A stretch of 64,000 nucleotides of DNA from Prosthecobacter sp. (GCF_049294395.1 NZ_JBAQCR010000151.1:5444-69443), one strand, 5' to 3'. Positions 26,901-33,568 are shown, counted from the stretch's first letter. The notes: generated by a model from the letters alone, not told the origin. Numbers and translations are program-made.

Positions 26901-27157
26901 CTGCCGGTGTTCCAGTTGCCCAGTCCATCAGTCCAAGTCCCACTCCCACCCGTGATGATGCCACCATCTCCAGTCACAGTGTCCCAAGTCAACGTCGCTG
27001 CCTGCGAAACAGCTCCCATCTGCCCAAAGCCTGAAACAGCCAAAAATAACACCCCCACTCGTACCCGGAACCGGCGGAATACCTTCAAGGACACACCCAC
27101 TTGCTTGGTCACCCTGAAGTAATGGGTTTCACAGGCTGCACTAAGATCATTGTTCAT
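17996..27157 (-). CDS. Giant (3053 aa) autotransporter adhesin-like protein with a repetitive beta-strand-repeat passenger and a C-terminal autotransporter beta-barrel
   Basis: ATG at 27157. At least 10 modules carry '(V/L)NFTNTGSMGFN(S/G)xSGARTLTLTGTN...IGDNGGAT(S/A)LxKSGxGTWxLxGxNTYTGxTTIxxGVL'. The last ~280 aa alternate hydrophobic residues and end in ...GSIRFSYQF (terminal Phe), as in an outer-membrane beta-domain. Confidence 0.9.
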   Translation of the reverse strand: MNNDLSAACETHYFRVTKQVGVSLKVFRRFRVRVGVLFLAVSGFGQMGAVSQAATLTWDTVTGDGGIITGGSGTWTDGLGNWNTGSGDTLWNNSTPDSAIFGGTAGTVTLGGAVTAGNMVFNSAYTVLGGGNTLTLANSTITTNANTIIGAVLGGSSGLTKNGTGSLTLSAMNTYTGATTISSGVLSVTALANGGSSSNIGASTNEAANLVLKGGTLQYANTITANTDRLFGVGTAGGTIALPVTGTLNFTNTGNLGFNGESGARTLTFAFSNSTAGGIISLASGIGDNGGATSVVKANTFGTLRLTNDNNAYTGTTTINGGAVSIGIVGGSTGSIGSGNIIINTGGTLFVSRSGSVNLAQTISGAGGVTSNGNTALTLSGTNTYTGVTRIISNGGVVTVSDIKNGGVASSIGASSSAAGNLSITNLGTLKYVGTGASTDRLFEVPTGTANPVATIDASGSGALVFTNTGAMGFGSSTGARTLVLSGSNAQDNTMTPVIGDNSGATALTKSGTGKWVLAGNNTYTGVTTISGGVLQVGNGGTSGTLGSGAVTDNGNLTFNRSDSLTVANAISGSGSVTQAGAGTTTLSGSNSYTGVTVINAGVVNVTFLANGGSNSNIGASSNVATNLVLNGGTLKYTGGSAVSIDRLFSVGTSGGTLDSSGVVLSFTNTGSMGFNGQSGARTLTLTGTNGGGNVLAAVIGDNGGATSLIKSGTGTWMLTGNNTYTGLTTISGGTLILGNFGSSGSISGDIVDNGTLMLNNTAGLTLSQTISGTGGVTVNAGSHTLSGTNTYTGVTSIAGGLTLSVATLADGGVASNLGAASNSATNIVLNNGILKYTGAGSSTDRLFGIGTLGGTLNASGTGAVNFTNTGSMGFNSLTGARTLTLTGTNTGANTLAAAIGDNGGATSLTKSGVGTWVLTGTNNFTGTTTISTGVLQVGSGGTTGTLGSGAVTDNANLTFKRSDSVTISNSISGTGALTQAGTGTTILTGANSYAGVTTISAGTLQIGDGGTTGTLGSGTITNNGTLIINRSNAITISGTMSGTGALIQNGTGTTTLSGLSNNWGSATVNAGILSAGVASGLGNASAMIVNSGGTLATNGNPLGAAVGSISGSGIVKNGSSNNSGLIVSGNISSAFSGVLQDGGTGTLFLTKMGAITTLTLSGSSTYTGATTITGGTLSISTLADGGSASNIGASSNAATNLILNNTSAVLKYTGAAVSTDRLFSIGSSGGTLDASGTGAVNFTNTGSMGLNSQTGARTLTLTGTNTGSNTLAAVIGDNTGSTALVKSGAGTWVLSGANSYTGATTINGGVLSISSLANGGSASGIGAATNAVTNLVLNGGTLQYTGGAVSTSRVFSVGTAAGSALDSSGSGAVNFTSVGIMGFNSQNGARTLTLTGTNTGSNTISILIGDNSGATAITKSGAGTWLLSGSNGYTGVTTINSGVLKAVTLFNGGSNSSIGAAASISTNLVLNGGTLQYTGIGSSTDRLFSVGISGGTLDASGSGTVNFTNTGSMGFNSQSGARTLTLTGTNTGSNTLAAVIGNNGGSTSLTKSGAGTWMLSGANTYTGATLINAGKLQAGGSYVFSNSSAVTLESGAILEINGFTNAIGTLSGSGTVQNGTSTGATLNSGGTLSTTFDGLIQNGGSAFLAFNKNGSGTLTLTGANTYTGGTVVSAGVLSVSSLANGGVASNIGAASNAASSLILNGGTLRYTGAAVSTDKLFTVTTSGGTLDSSGTGAVNFTNTGSMGFNSQSGARTLTLTGTNTGNNTIAAAIGDNGGATALVKSGAGTWVLTGTNTYSGTTTVSAGVLQVGSGSTTGTLGSGAVTNNASLVVNRSNAVTIANTISGNGTFTQAGAGTTTLSGSNSYTGVTTITSGVLNVTTLANGGTNSGIGASSSAATNLVINGGTLQYTGSANLSTDRLFSLGLGSGGIDVSGSGNLNFTNTGSMGFNGESGARTLVLSGTNATGVNIIAAAIGDFGGATSVSIEGDATWLLTGANTYTGATTVSSGVLQIGGSNLASAIIVGAHATLELNGLNTRIGSLAGSGTVQNNSTTAATLTTSSNNSSTIFSGVIRDGGAGALSLVKEGSGKFTLTGSNTYTGTTTISAGELQIGSGGTTGTLGTGAVINNASLIINRSDALTIANAIGGSGSFTQAGSGTTTLTGTSSYTGSTTINAGVLSVAVLADGGASSNVGASTNAASNLVLNGGTLQYTGGATSTDRLFSIGSSGGTLDASGTGAVNFTNTGSMDFNGQSGVRTLTLTGTNTGGNILAAIIGDNGDATALTKTGAGTWVLTGANSYTGATTIGAGVLQIGNGGTTGSLSTSSALISNGTLAFNRTDGVVQGSDFASVISGSGGVTQAGSGTLTLNGDNTYTGTTNVRAGTLEVTHNNALGTADAGTTVSSGATLLLNNVNYSTAESLSLNGSGTGSSGALRNSGTSTYTGAITAETNASINAGGGILNLTGGLVKDGTVLTITGGGTVYVSGTGISGASASSDLVVDGTTLVVSADSDYSGPTTVQNSAALIANASVTTTRLDLSSDSMLAGTGAITTAVNQSMFINGTFSVGDPGVAATPTNFALTTSGSGAVVMGAGSVIRLDLFSGAGLGNNTGNATAADSINLHGKVDATAGGTVVIGNPNDMTNFRGGDQWQLVHLNSGDANAGSFAASLALNDSSLHLASGFTSYLDQSNGVFSIIDTNGGLALAAVEVQALVSGGNTVTNDLNGHLFNLRAGGGEEDDDSGSITAALDDGVIVGEGDGDPKKASPIAKRVARSRQWEVFATVNYGNVKLNPIRTQSGVQIDSWASGVGAERHFSRGLTLGFAASFLQSSQGYTGNAGSLHLEGPALSAYVSYVRGGFWNSLLYSFGTYQMDSIRNTGVAFPTAFGSTRTYTHSVQYNTGWNMRFQNDTLVTGPFAGVDYLHGSIDAYNETGGGLAALHYNAQSYQSLVSRVGWSASKQIKASFGTITPQVRLSYERQNIKNNNGTSVSLINVPFSSTGDQQAPGQDYLVAGLGVSLAFTDRFSLMLSYQGQFFRHDLQAHFGSIRFSYQF
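20250..26860. repeat. Diverged tandem coding repeats inside the giant autotransporter gene
   Basis: The FTNTG...ARTLTLTG module recurs at roughly 26390, 25740, 25140, 24540, 23400, 23004, 22610, 21900, 21300 and 20400. Spacing is irregular, about 0.4 to 1.1 kb. DNA copies such as ~20400-20550 and ~23400-23550 align closely by eye. Confidence 0.85.
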
Positions 27158-27535
27158 GTGTCGATTTATAAAAAGTTTTAACCACCAATTATCTTTTAAG
27201 ATTTAATCTTGAAACAGGCATCAAACGGCAGCCTGACTTTCCACCAGCGCGCTGAATTCACCTTCAGAGAATACTCGCTTAGCGAGTAACAGCGCCTGCC
27301 CGTGCCAGCAGCAAAGACTCGCAGATGCCGCTGTGAAATAATAAGAAATTCACCTCGTGTGGAGGAGTGTAAACACAGGTGAAGCGGTCGATTTGCATAG
27401 TCCTAGGCGGCGAATTAAATTAAAGATTATATCAAAATAAGATAAAACTTTACCATCCCGCAAGGATAAAACTTCACTCCATGCAGGGTTCGACCAGCCC
27501 CGCCAACCTAAAAGCAAACATTCAAGATCAATTGA
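27158..27535 (-). promoter_or_regulatory. AT-rich intergenic region upstream of the giant autotransporter gene, with a candidate extended -10 promoter, direct repeats and a palindrome
   Basis: Only 4 G/C occur in the 38 nt at 27413-27450. The minus strand reads TGATATAAT (27434-27426), an extended -10. AAGTTTTATC occurs twice (27474-27465 and 27450-27441). Perfect palindrome TACTCGCT-T-AGCGAGTA at 27272-27288. Confidence 0.4.
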
Positions 27536-29044
27536 TTACTTATCCAGGATCACCATCGGAAAATCCGCACTAGGTGCATGCTGCCCCGCCATAATCGTTT
27601 TCATCCTGGCGATGAGATCGGCATGACCGGCAGCCACGTCTCGAGTCTCGGCGGGATCGGTGGCAATGTTAAAGAGTTCTTCTGTTACGGTGGCAGCTTT
27701 GGCCTTCCCCTTGCCTTTGGGGGCAAGATTTCGGCGCACAAGTTTCCAGTCGCCCATGCGCAGGATCTGCTGGCCGCCGTAGCTGGCAAACTCACGGTAG
27801 AGGAACTCGCGCTCCGGCTGTTTTTCGCCTAGCAGCGTCGGAGCAAAGCTGATGCCGTCAGTTCGGGGCGTTTGGTCTTTGGCCCCCACGAGTTCGAGCA
27901 GCGTGGGCATCCAGTCCTCAAAACCCGTGATACGGTCGCTGGTCGTTCCGGCCTTGATCCTGCCCTGCCAGCGCACCACGCAGGGAGAACGGAAGCCGCC
28001 TTCATACAGCGTGCCTTTGCCATCGCGCCGGCCTTCGTTGGAGTTGAAGAAAGCGCAGTCCGTACCGGCGAGTCCCTGGTGCGTACCGCTCACCGGGCCG
28101 TTGTCACTGACAAAGACGAAGATCGTGTCCTTATCGAGGCCCAGTTCCGTGATGAGCGCCTGCATGCGCCCAATCTCACGATCCATGCGCGTGATCATCG
28201 CGGCATACGCAGCCTTGGGCTTGAAATGCGGAAGGTAGCCGTTGCCACCGGGATAGGGCGGGTCATCAAATTTGCCGAGGTATTCTTGCAGCGAATCATC
28301 CGGCACCTGCAGCGCCACGTGCGGCACGGTCGTGGGCCAGTAGAGAAAGAACGGCTTGTCCTTGTTGGCACGGGCGAATTTCAGCGCCTCTTCCGCGATG
28401 AGATCAGCCGAGTACTCGCTGCCCTTGAAGCGCTGGTAGCTCTCCGGCTTCGACGGGTCTTCATCAGCCCTGAGCTTGTCATTCGAAGGAAAGGGCGGAT
28501 TCTTAAGCTCAATGGTGTGGTCGTTGTCCCACAGGTAGGTCGGATAAAAGTTATGCGCCACGCCCTGACAGTTGTAGCCAAACCAGCGGTCAAAGCCCTG
28601 CTTCAGAGGCTCCCCGGTGGAACCCGGTCCACCCAGGCCCCACTTGCCAAAACCACCCGTTGCATACCCGAGCGGCTTCAGGACTTCAGGAATAAGAACC
28701 GTGTCAGCGGGAATGGGAAACTGACCTTCGTGCTCGGGTTTGCCCAGCTTAGGCAACCCCTTGGCATCATCCGCCTGCCGGTTGTCGCGAATGAAAGCAT
28801 GCCCAGGGTGCAGGCCGCTCATCAGCACGCAGCGTGACGGCGCGCACACTGCATTGCCAGAGTAGTGCTGCGTGAAACGCATGCCCTCGGCCGCCATGCG
28901 GTCGATGTTCGGAGTCCTGATGATCTTCTGCCCATAGCATCCCAGATCCCCGGGCCCGAGATCGTCAGCCATGATGAAGATGACATTGGGCTGGCGGGCC
29001 TGCACCGTCAGCGTCAGGGCGAGCAGAAGAAAGAGAGACTTCAT
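27536..29044 (-). CDS. Sulfatase (formylglycine-dependent)
   Basis: I use the ATG at 29044 (MKSLFLLLALTLTVQARQPNVIFIMADDLG). C-x-P-x-R motif CAPSRCVLMSG. VSDNG motif. The track ORF extends to 29209. Confidence 0.87.
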   Translation of the reverse strand: MKSLFLLLALTLTVQARQPNVIFIMADDLGPGDLGCYGQKIIRTPNIDRMAAEGMRFTQHYSGNAVCAPSRCVLMSGLHPGHAFIRDNRQADDAKGLPKLGKPEHEGQFPIPADTVLIPEVLKPLGYATGGFGKWGLGGPGSTGEPLKQGFDRWFGYNCQGVAHNFYPTYLWDNDHTIELKNPPFPSNDKLRADEDPSKPESYQRFKGSEYSADLIAEEALKFARANKDKPFFLYWPTTVPHVALQVPDDSLQEYLGKFDDPPYPGGNGYLPHFKPKAAYAAMITRMDREIGRMQALITELGLDKDTIFVFVSDNGPVSGTHQGLAGTDCAFFNSNEGRRDGKGTLYEGGFRSPCVVRWQGRIKAGTTSDRITGFEDWMPTLLELVGAKDQTPRTDGISFAPTLLGEKQPEREFLYREFASYGGQQILRMGDWKLVRRNLAPKGKGKAKAATVTEELFNIATDPAETRDVAAGHADLIARMKTIMAGQHAPSADFPMVILDK

Positions 29045-29251
29045 GGTGGATGAGAAACGGCAGCAGGAGCAGTTTGTTTCGCTTTCTGCTTCGGCAGCGA
29101 ATCGATCTTCCATTGCAGCCACAGCGTCAGCAGCAGCATCGCCGCAATGAGCAGGAAGATGACATAAAAGCCGGGACGGGAGAGAAACTTCATGAGATGA
29201 ATCAGGCAAATAAAGCGAGTTTCACCCTGCTCGCTCCGTCTTTCCCTTGCC

Positions 29252-30424
29252 ATGAAATTCACCGCCCTGCTTGTTCTGTTTTTTGCCGCCCTCCAGTCTG
29301 CACGGGCGCTCCCGGAGGCGGAGCTGCAGCGCTTCATCAATGAGGCCATCAAAGCCGGCGGCGGTGAGGTGGTCATTCCCCCGGGCGTACATGTCATCGA
29401 GCGCGGTCTCATCGTGAAAGACGCCAAGAAACTCCGCATCATTGGTCTCGATGCCGAGAACACCGTTCTGCAACTTCCGCCCGTCGCCTATGCACTCGCT
29501 ACAGGCACCACGGCCGCAGGCACCACGACGATCCCGGTGAAATCCCAGCGCGGATTCAAGCCGGGCATGCGTTTGAAGATCGAGGCGGATGGCGAGCTCG
29601 ACAGCTTCACCCAAAAGCCCAGGCCTTACCATCTTGCCATCGTGAAGGCCGTCGAGAAGGAGACCATCCAGCTCGAATCAGCACTCAAATTTCCCGTGCC
29701 AGACGGCACCATGATCCGCCATGAGGATGCACCGAACCTCATCGAAATTCGCGGAGCCAGCGAAGAGGTGAGAATTGAAAAGCTCACACTGGACGGCGGT
29801 CGCGTGGATGGCGACCCAGCCATTCGCGGCCATACGCAGCTCTGCGCCGTGTTGGCCTCGGGAGCCTACAACTACGAAAAAGGTCCCACGGGACCAAAGA
29901 TAAAGAAACTCGGCATCTCCCGCTGCTTCATCCAGAACTGCCACGGCCGCGGCATCGCCTTGTACTCCGTGGAAGGAACCGAAATCGACGGCTGCACCAT
30001 TCGTGACACCTCGGATGAGGCGATCGACTTTGATCACTTCACCGTGAAGTCCATCGCCACGCACAACCACATCGCCCGCTGTCTCCTTGGGGTGGAGTTG
30101 AATGATGCGAACGACTGCCTCGTGGCCGGCAATGAATTCCTCGAATGCGGCACCGGCATCAATCTCTGGCGCTGGTGCAAGCTGCCCGGGCTGAACGAAG
30201 GAAATCTGATCGTGCAAAACGTCTTTGAACGCACCCGGGGCAACGCCGTGCAGATCGCCACCGGTACGAAAGGCAACACCGTCGCACAAAATGAAATCAA
30301 CGCTTCCGGCAAAAACGGCATCATCCTGTCCGGGGAAGCCCAGATCGTGAAAGCGAACAAGATCACAGGCAGCGGCATGAAGGCCCTTGTGATCCAGGAA
30401 GGCAAACACGATGTCTCCGAATGA
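29252..30424 (+). CDS. Secreted right-handed parallel beta-helix repeat protein (pectin-lyase fold)
   Basis: Signal peptide MKFTALLVLFFAALQSARA. Repeated about every 22 aa are units such as CHGRGIALYSVEGTEIDGCTIRD / DEAIDFDHFTVKSIATHNHIARC / GVELNDANDCLVAGNEFLEC / NAVQIATGTKGNTVAQNEI / NGIILSGEAQIVKANKI. Confidence 0.7.
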   Translation: MKFTALLVLFFAALQSARALPEAELQRFINEAIKAGGGEVVIPPGVHVIERGLIVKDAKKLRIIGLDAENTVLQLPPVAYALATGTTAAGTTTIPVKSQRGFKPGMRLKIEADGELDSFTQKPRPYHLAIVKAVEKETIQLESALKFPVPDGTMIRHEDAPNLIEIRGASEEVRIEKLTLDGGRVDGDPAIRGHTQLCAVLASGAYNYEKGPTGPKIKKLGISRCFIQNCHGRGIALYSVEGTEIDGCTIRDTSDEAIDFDHFTVKSIATHNHIARCLLGVELNDANDCLVAGNEFLECGTGINLWRWCKLPGLNEGNLIVQNVFERTRGNAVQIATGTKGNTVAQNEINASGKNGIILSGEAQIVKANKITGSGMKALVIQEGKHDVSE

Positions 30425-31600
30425 TCACCCGCCGTAAAGCGCCCGCACCAACCCCAGCGCGCGCTCACCCGGCAGAGCACCGATTTCCATCTGGTTCATC
30501 GCGTAGGCAAAGCTGATGCCGTTCTCAGGATCCGCAAAGGCAAGGCTGCCCCCTGCACCGGGGTGGCCGTAGGCGCGGCGGCTCGGGCCATAAAGCTGTC
30601 GCAGCTTGCCGCCATCAGACTCAGGGTCCTCGTTCAAGGGATCCTGCATCATGCCCGTGGAGAATGCGATGGGAGTGAGCAGCACGGAATCCACCTCCTG
30701 CGTAAGCGTCTGCTCAAACCGGCGCACCACTGTTTCAGGAATGAGCTGAACACCATTCCACACACCGCCCTGAGCCAGCATGGAGTAAAATTTGGCAAGC
30801 CCCTGCGCACTGCCCACGCCACCCATGCTCGCGTAACCGCGTGACCACATTTCGCTTTGATTGAAATCGCTGACCGCGTTCAGGCCAAAGGGCGAGGTGA
30901 ACGTGCGCTGCGTGAGCGTGCCCGCCGTATTGAAAGCTTTGATGAAAGGCTGGTCACTGTTGGCAATGCTGATCTTCCCCGGATAGACCGGCGAGACGCG
31001 GTCCCACTGCGCACTGGGGAGCCCGATCCAGAAATCGAGCGCCATCGGGCTGCCAAACACCTCACGATAATACTCACCCAGCGATTCCGCCTCCGTGAGC
31101 CGACGCACGATTTCATCCAGCAGAAAACCAAAGGTGCGTGCGTGATAGCCTTGGCGCGTGCCAGGCTCCCACAAGGGCCGCTGATGTTCCAGCGCCTGAA
31201 TCACGGCATCATAGTTATAGATGGGCGTGCGCTCATCCAAGGCGCACAAGCCTGCGGTGTGAGAGAGCAGGTGAATGAAGGCGATGTTGGACTTTCCACC
31301 TCCGACAAATTCGGGCCACACCTCCGCCACCGGGCATTCCAGCGGGATGCCCGCCTCTTCCAGCGCAAGCAGGCAGCACACGGCGGCAGGGCCTTTGGTG
31401 GCGGACCACACGGGGACGAGCGTGTCGCGGTCCCACTCCCGGGTATGTGCCCGGTCACGATGACCATGCGCAAGGTTCAGCACCTCCTGCCCATGCTGCC
31501 AGATGGAGACCGAGGCCCCCATCTCCCAGCGGGTGCGGAAGCTCTCTTCGAACCATGCGCGTACTGCCTGAAGATTTGCGGAACTGACAGGGGAACTCAT
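30425..31600 (-). CDS. Serine hydrolase, beta-lactamase (class C)/esterase family
   Basis: S-x-x-K motif VWSATKG. YHARTFG (Y-x-N-like region). C-terminal HPGAGGS. The start ATG overlaps the upstream gene's stop codon (ATGA). Confidence 0.85.
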   Translation of the reverse strand: MSSPVSSANLQAVRAWFEESFRTRWEMGASVSIWQHGQEVLNLAHGHRDRAHTREWDRDTLVPVWSATKGPAAVCCLLALEEAGIPLECPVAEVWPEFVGGGKSNIAFIHLLSHTAGLCALDERTPIYNYDAVIQALEHQRPLWEPGTRQGYHARTFGFLLDEIVRRLTEAESLGEYYREVFGSPMALDFWIGLPSAQWDRVSPVYPGKISIANSDQPFIKAFNTAGTLTQRTFTSPFGLNAVSDFNQSEMWSRGYASMGGVGSAQGLAKFYSMLAQGGVWNGVQLIPETVVRRFEQTLTQEVDSVLLTPIAFSTGMMQDPLNEDPESDGGKLRQLYGPSRRAYGHPGAGGSLAFADPENGISFAYAMNQMEIGALPGERALGLVRALYGG

Positions 31601-32082
31601 GCGTGGTGGGACTCTAGTTGCGCCCGCAAACAGTCGAGATCGCGGTCTCTTCTGGCATGCTGGCGCAGTTCACCGTCCATCTCAAAAGCCCGCTTCAGAT
31701 AGGAGAGAGATTTGTCCAGATGTCCGAGGCAGGCGTTGTAGCAGCCCATGTTGTAATAGTAGACCGGCTTGGCTCGCAGGGTGGCGGGGCCGCGCGAAAG
31801 CACATCCACCGCCTCGGCGGTGCGCCCGAGTTCATGCAGGCAGAAAGCCGCATGGATGAAGCCTCCGGGCTCCATCGGTTCCTGGGAGCAGAGCTTGGTG
31901 GCCAGTGTCAGGGCCTCTTCCCACCGGTGTCCGCCCATGAGGCAGAGCAGCGTGATCTCGATCACATCTACCCGGTTGTGCATTTCCGCCGGCAGTGGTG
32001 ACAATTCCACCCGAGCCTCGTCAAAGAGACCCAGCTCCACGTATCCCTGGGCGGCGATGATCCTGCGTTCAGCTTCGGTCAT
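31597..32082 (-). CDS. TPR-like helical repeat protein
   Basis: ATG at 32082 (MTEAERRIIAAQGYVELGLFDEA...). Ala/Leu-rich ~34-aa helical repeats (YYYNMGCYNACLGHLDKSLSYLKRAFEMD). The longer 394-aa track ORF was rejected as an N-terminal extension. Confidence 0.6.
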   Translation of the reverse strand: MTEAERRIIAAQGYVELGLFDEARVELSPLPAEMHNRVDVIEITLLCLMGGHRWEEALTLATKLCSQEPMEPGGFIHAAFCLHELGRTAEAVDVLSRGPATLRAKPVYYYNMGCYNACLGHLDKSLSYLKRAFEMDGELRQHARRDRDLDCLRAQLESHHA

Positions 32083-32186
32083 TTTTTGAGTAAGAATGGC
32101 CTGATCAGAACGCAAAGCATGCGCGGGAACAAGGTTTTTCGTGCCTGACGACACGCAAAAAAGAGGTTCATTCGCCCATGGATGCT

Positions 32187-32762
32187 TCAAACAGCGGCCG
32201 CTTTCACGTCCCGCAATTTTTTTGCCATCTCCATGCGCAATCCAATTTCCCAGCAGCTCCAGGTGGCGATGTAGCTGACGAGGGACACCACTGCCCCGAG
32301 GATGATGCCCCCCATCAGCATGACCGGCGCATGCTCCTTGAGCACGATCCAGGCATCCACCATGGACTCCGGCAGATGCTTGGGAAACGGTGAGGTGGGC
32401 ACCGTGGTGTACAGCGCCAGCACCCATTTCCCAATGGCATATTCCAGCCACGCCATGAACGGCACGGTGAATGGATTGCTCACCCAGCACATGGCGATGG
32501 CAATGGGGATGTTCACCCGGAAAATCGCGGACAGAATGACGGCCGTCGGCATCTGGATCGGCAGCAGTTGCAGGGTGATGAACATCCCCACCGCCATGCC
32601 GCCGGAAAGCGTGTGCTGCGTGGGCTTCCACACGCGCTTGTCGAGAAAGTGCCGTGCAAACCACCGCCGGGCCGGGCTTTGCCTCAGCTTGCGCGGATGT
32701 TTGAGAAAGCGGATGGTTTTGAACACCGAACGGCGAAACCAGCCCCGGGCGAGCGCGAGCAT
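32187..32762 (-). CDS. DUF2062 family membrane protein
   Basis: The N-terminus RFLKHPRKLRQSPARRWFARHFLDKRVWKPTQHTLSGGMAVGMFITLQLLPIQMP...NPFT is typical of DUF2062. It lies 2 nt downstream of uppP. Confidence 0.7.
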   Translation of the reverse strand: MLALARGWFRRSVFKTIRFLKHPRKLRQSPARRWFARHFLDKRVWKPTQHTLSGGMAVGMFITLQLLPIQMPTAVILSAIFRVNIPIAIAMCWVSNPFTVPFMAWLEYAIGKWVLALYTTVPTSPFPKHLPESMVDAWIVLKEHAPVMLMGGIILGAVVSLVSYIATWSCWEIGLRMEMAKKLRDVKAAAV

Positions 32763-32764
32763 GA

Positions 32765-33568
32765 TCAGTGTCCTCCCCCATTATAAACCCAGATCAGCAG
32801 CGCACTGCCAAGCGCGATGCGATACCAGGCAAAACCGTTGAACGTGTGTCCCTGAACAAAACGAATGAGCCACTTCACCACGATGAAGGCGGAGACGGCT
32901 GAAACCACCGTGCCGAGAACCACCATGCCCCAGTCTTCATCACCTGCCTTGCCGTCCTTGATCACGGAGAGGATTTTAAACGCCCCGGCCGCCATCAGAG
33001 TAGGAATACCCAAAAGGAAGGAAAACTCCGTGGCGGCAGGCCGTGAAACGCCAAAAGCCAGCGCCATCAGAATGCTGGCCCCCGAACGCGAGGTCCCTGG
33101 AAACACCGCCGCCAGCAGCTGCGCCAGCGCCACGGCCACCACAACCGCCCAAGTGATGTCCGCCGTACCCGCCTTGTCTTTGTGCAAAAATTCCAAAGCC
33201 AGGATGATGAAACCGCCAATCAACGTGGCCCACGCCACCGGCGGAATCGTTTCCGGCAGCTTGATGTCTAATTTCTTGATGATCAATCCACCGACGGCGG
33301 TGATGAAAAAAGACACAAACAGCTTCGCCAGATAAGTCCGTGTGGTGGCATCCCCCAGCGTGGTGGCCAGATGTTTCAGCCGCTGGGTGAAAACCGCCAG
33401 CACCGCCAGCACCGCACCGCTCTGGATCACCACATTGAACAAGTCGCTTTTCTGCGGCAGCCAGTGCAGATTTTGCGGGATGAGAAGGTGCCCTGTGGAG
33501 GAGATGGGAAGGAATTCGGTGACACCTTCAATGATGCCGAGGAGAATAATCGCAAGCCAGTCGGGCAT
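32765..33568 (-). CDS. uppP: Undecaprenyl-diphosphate phosphatase
   Basis: I use the ATG at 33568 (MPDWLAIILLGIIEGVTEFLPISSTGHL). PGTSRSGASI motif. About 8 TM segments. The 403-aa track ORF is an artefactual 5' extension. Confidence 0.9.
   Translation of the reverse strand: MPDWLAIILLGIIEGVTEFLPISSTGHLLIPQNLHWLPQKSDLFNVVIQSGAVLAVLAVFTQRLKHLATTLGDATTRTYLAKLFVSFFITAVGGLIIKKLDIKLPETIPPVAWATLIGGFIILALEFLHKDKAGTADITWAVVVAVALAQLLAAVFPGTSRSGASILMALAFGVSRPAATEFSFLLGIPTLMAAGAFKILSVIKDGKAGDEDWGMVVLGTVVSAVSAFIVVKWLIRFVQGHTFNGFAWYRIALGSALLIWVYNGGGH

Noticed and set aside
18000-27100. A highly periodic DNA repeat pattern that could superficially suggest a CRISPR or satellite array.
   Set aside because: The repeats are 0.4-1.1 kb, diverged, lack spacers, and lie entirely within one continuous ORF encoding protein repeats.
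32083-32781. Extension of the TPR ORF to a 394-aa protein (31597-32781), and extension of uppP to 403 aa (up to 33976).
   Set aside because: The extensions are low-complexity Gly/Arg/His-rich. One overlaps the well-supported DUF2062 gene in another frame. Both UppP and the TPR protein have proper internal ATG starts that match family N-termini.
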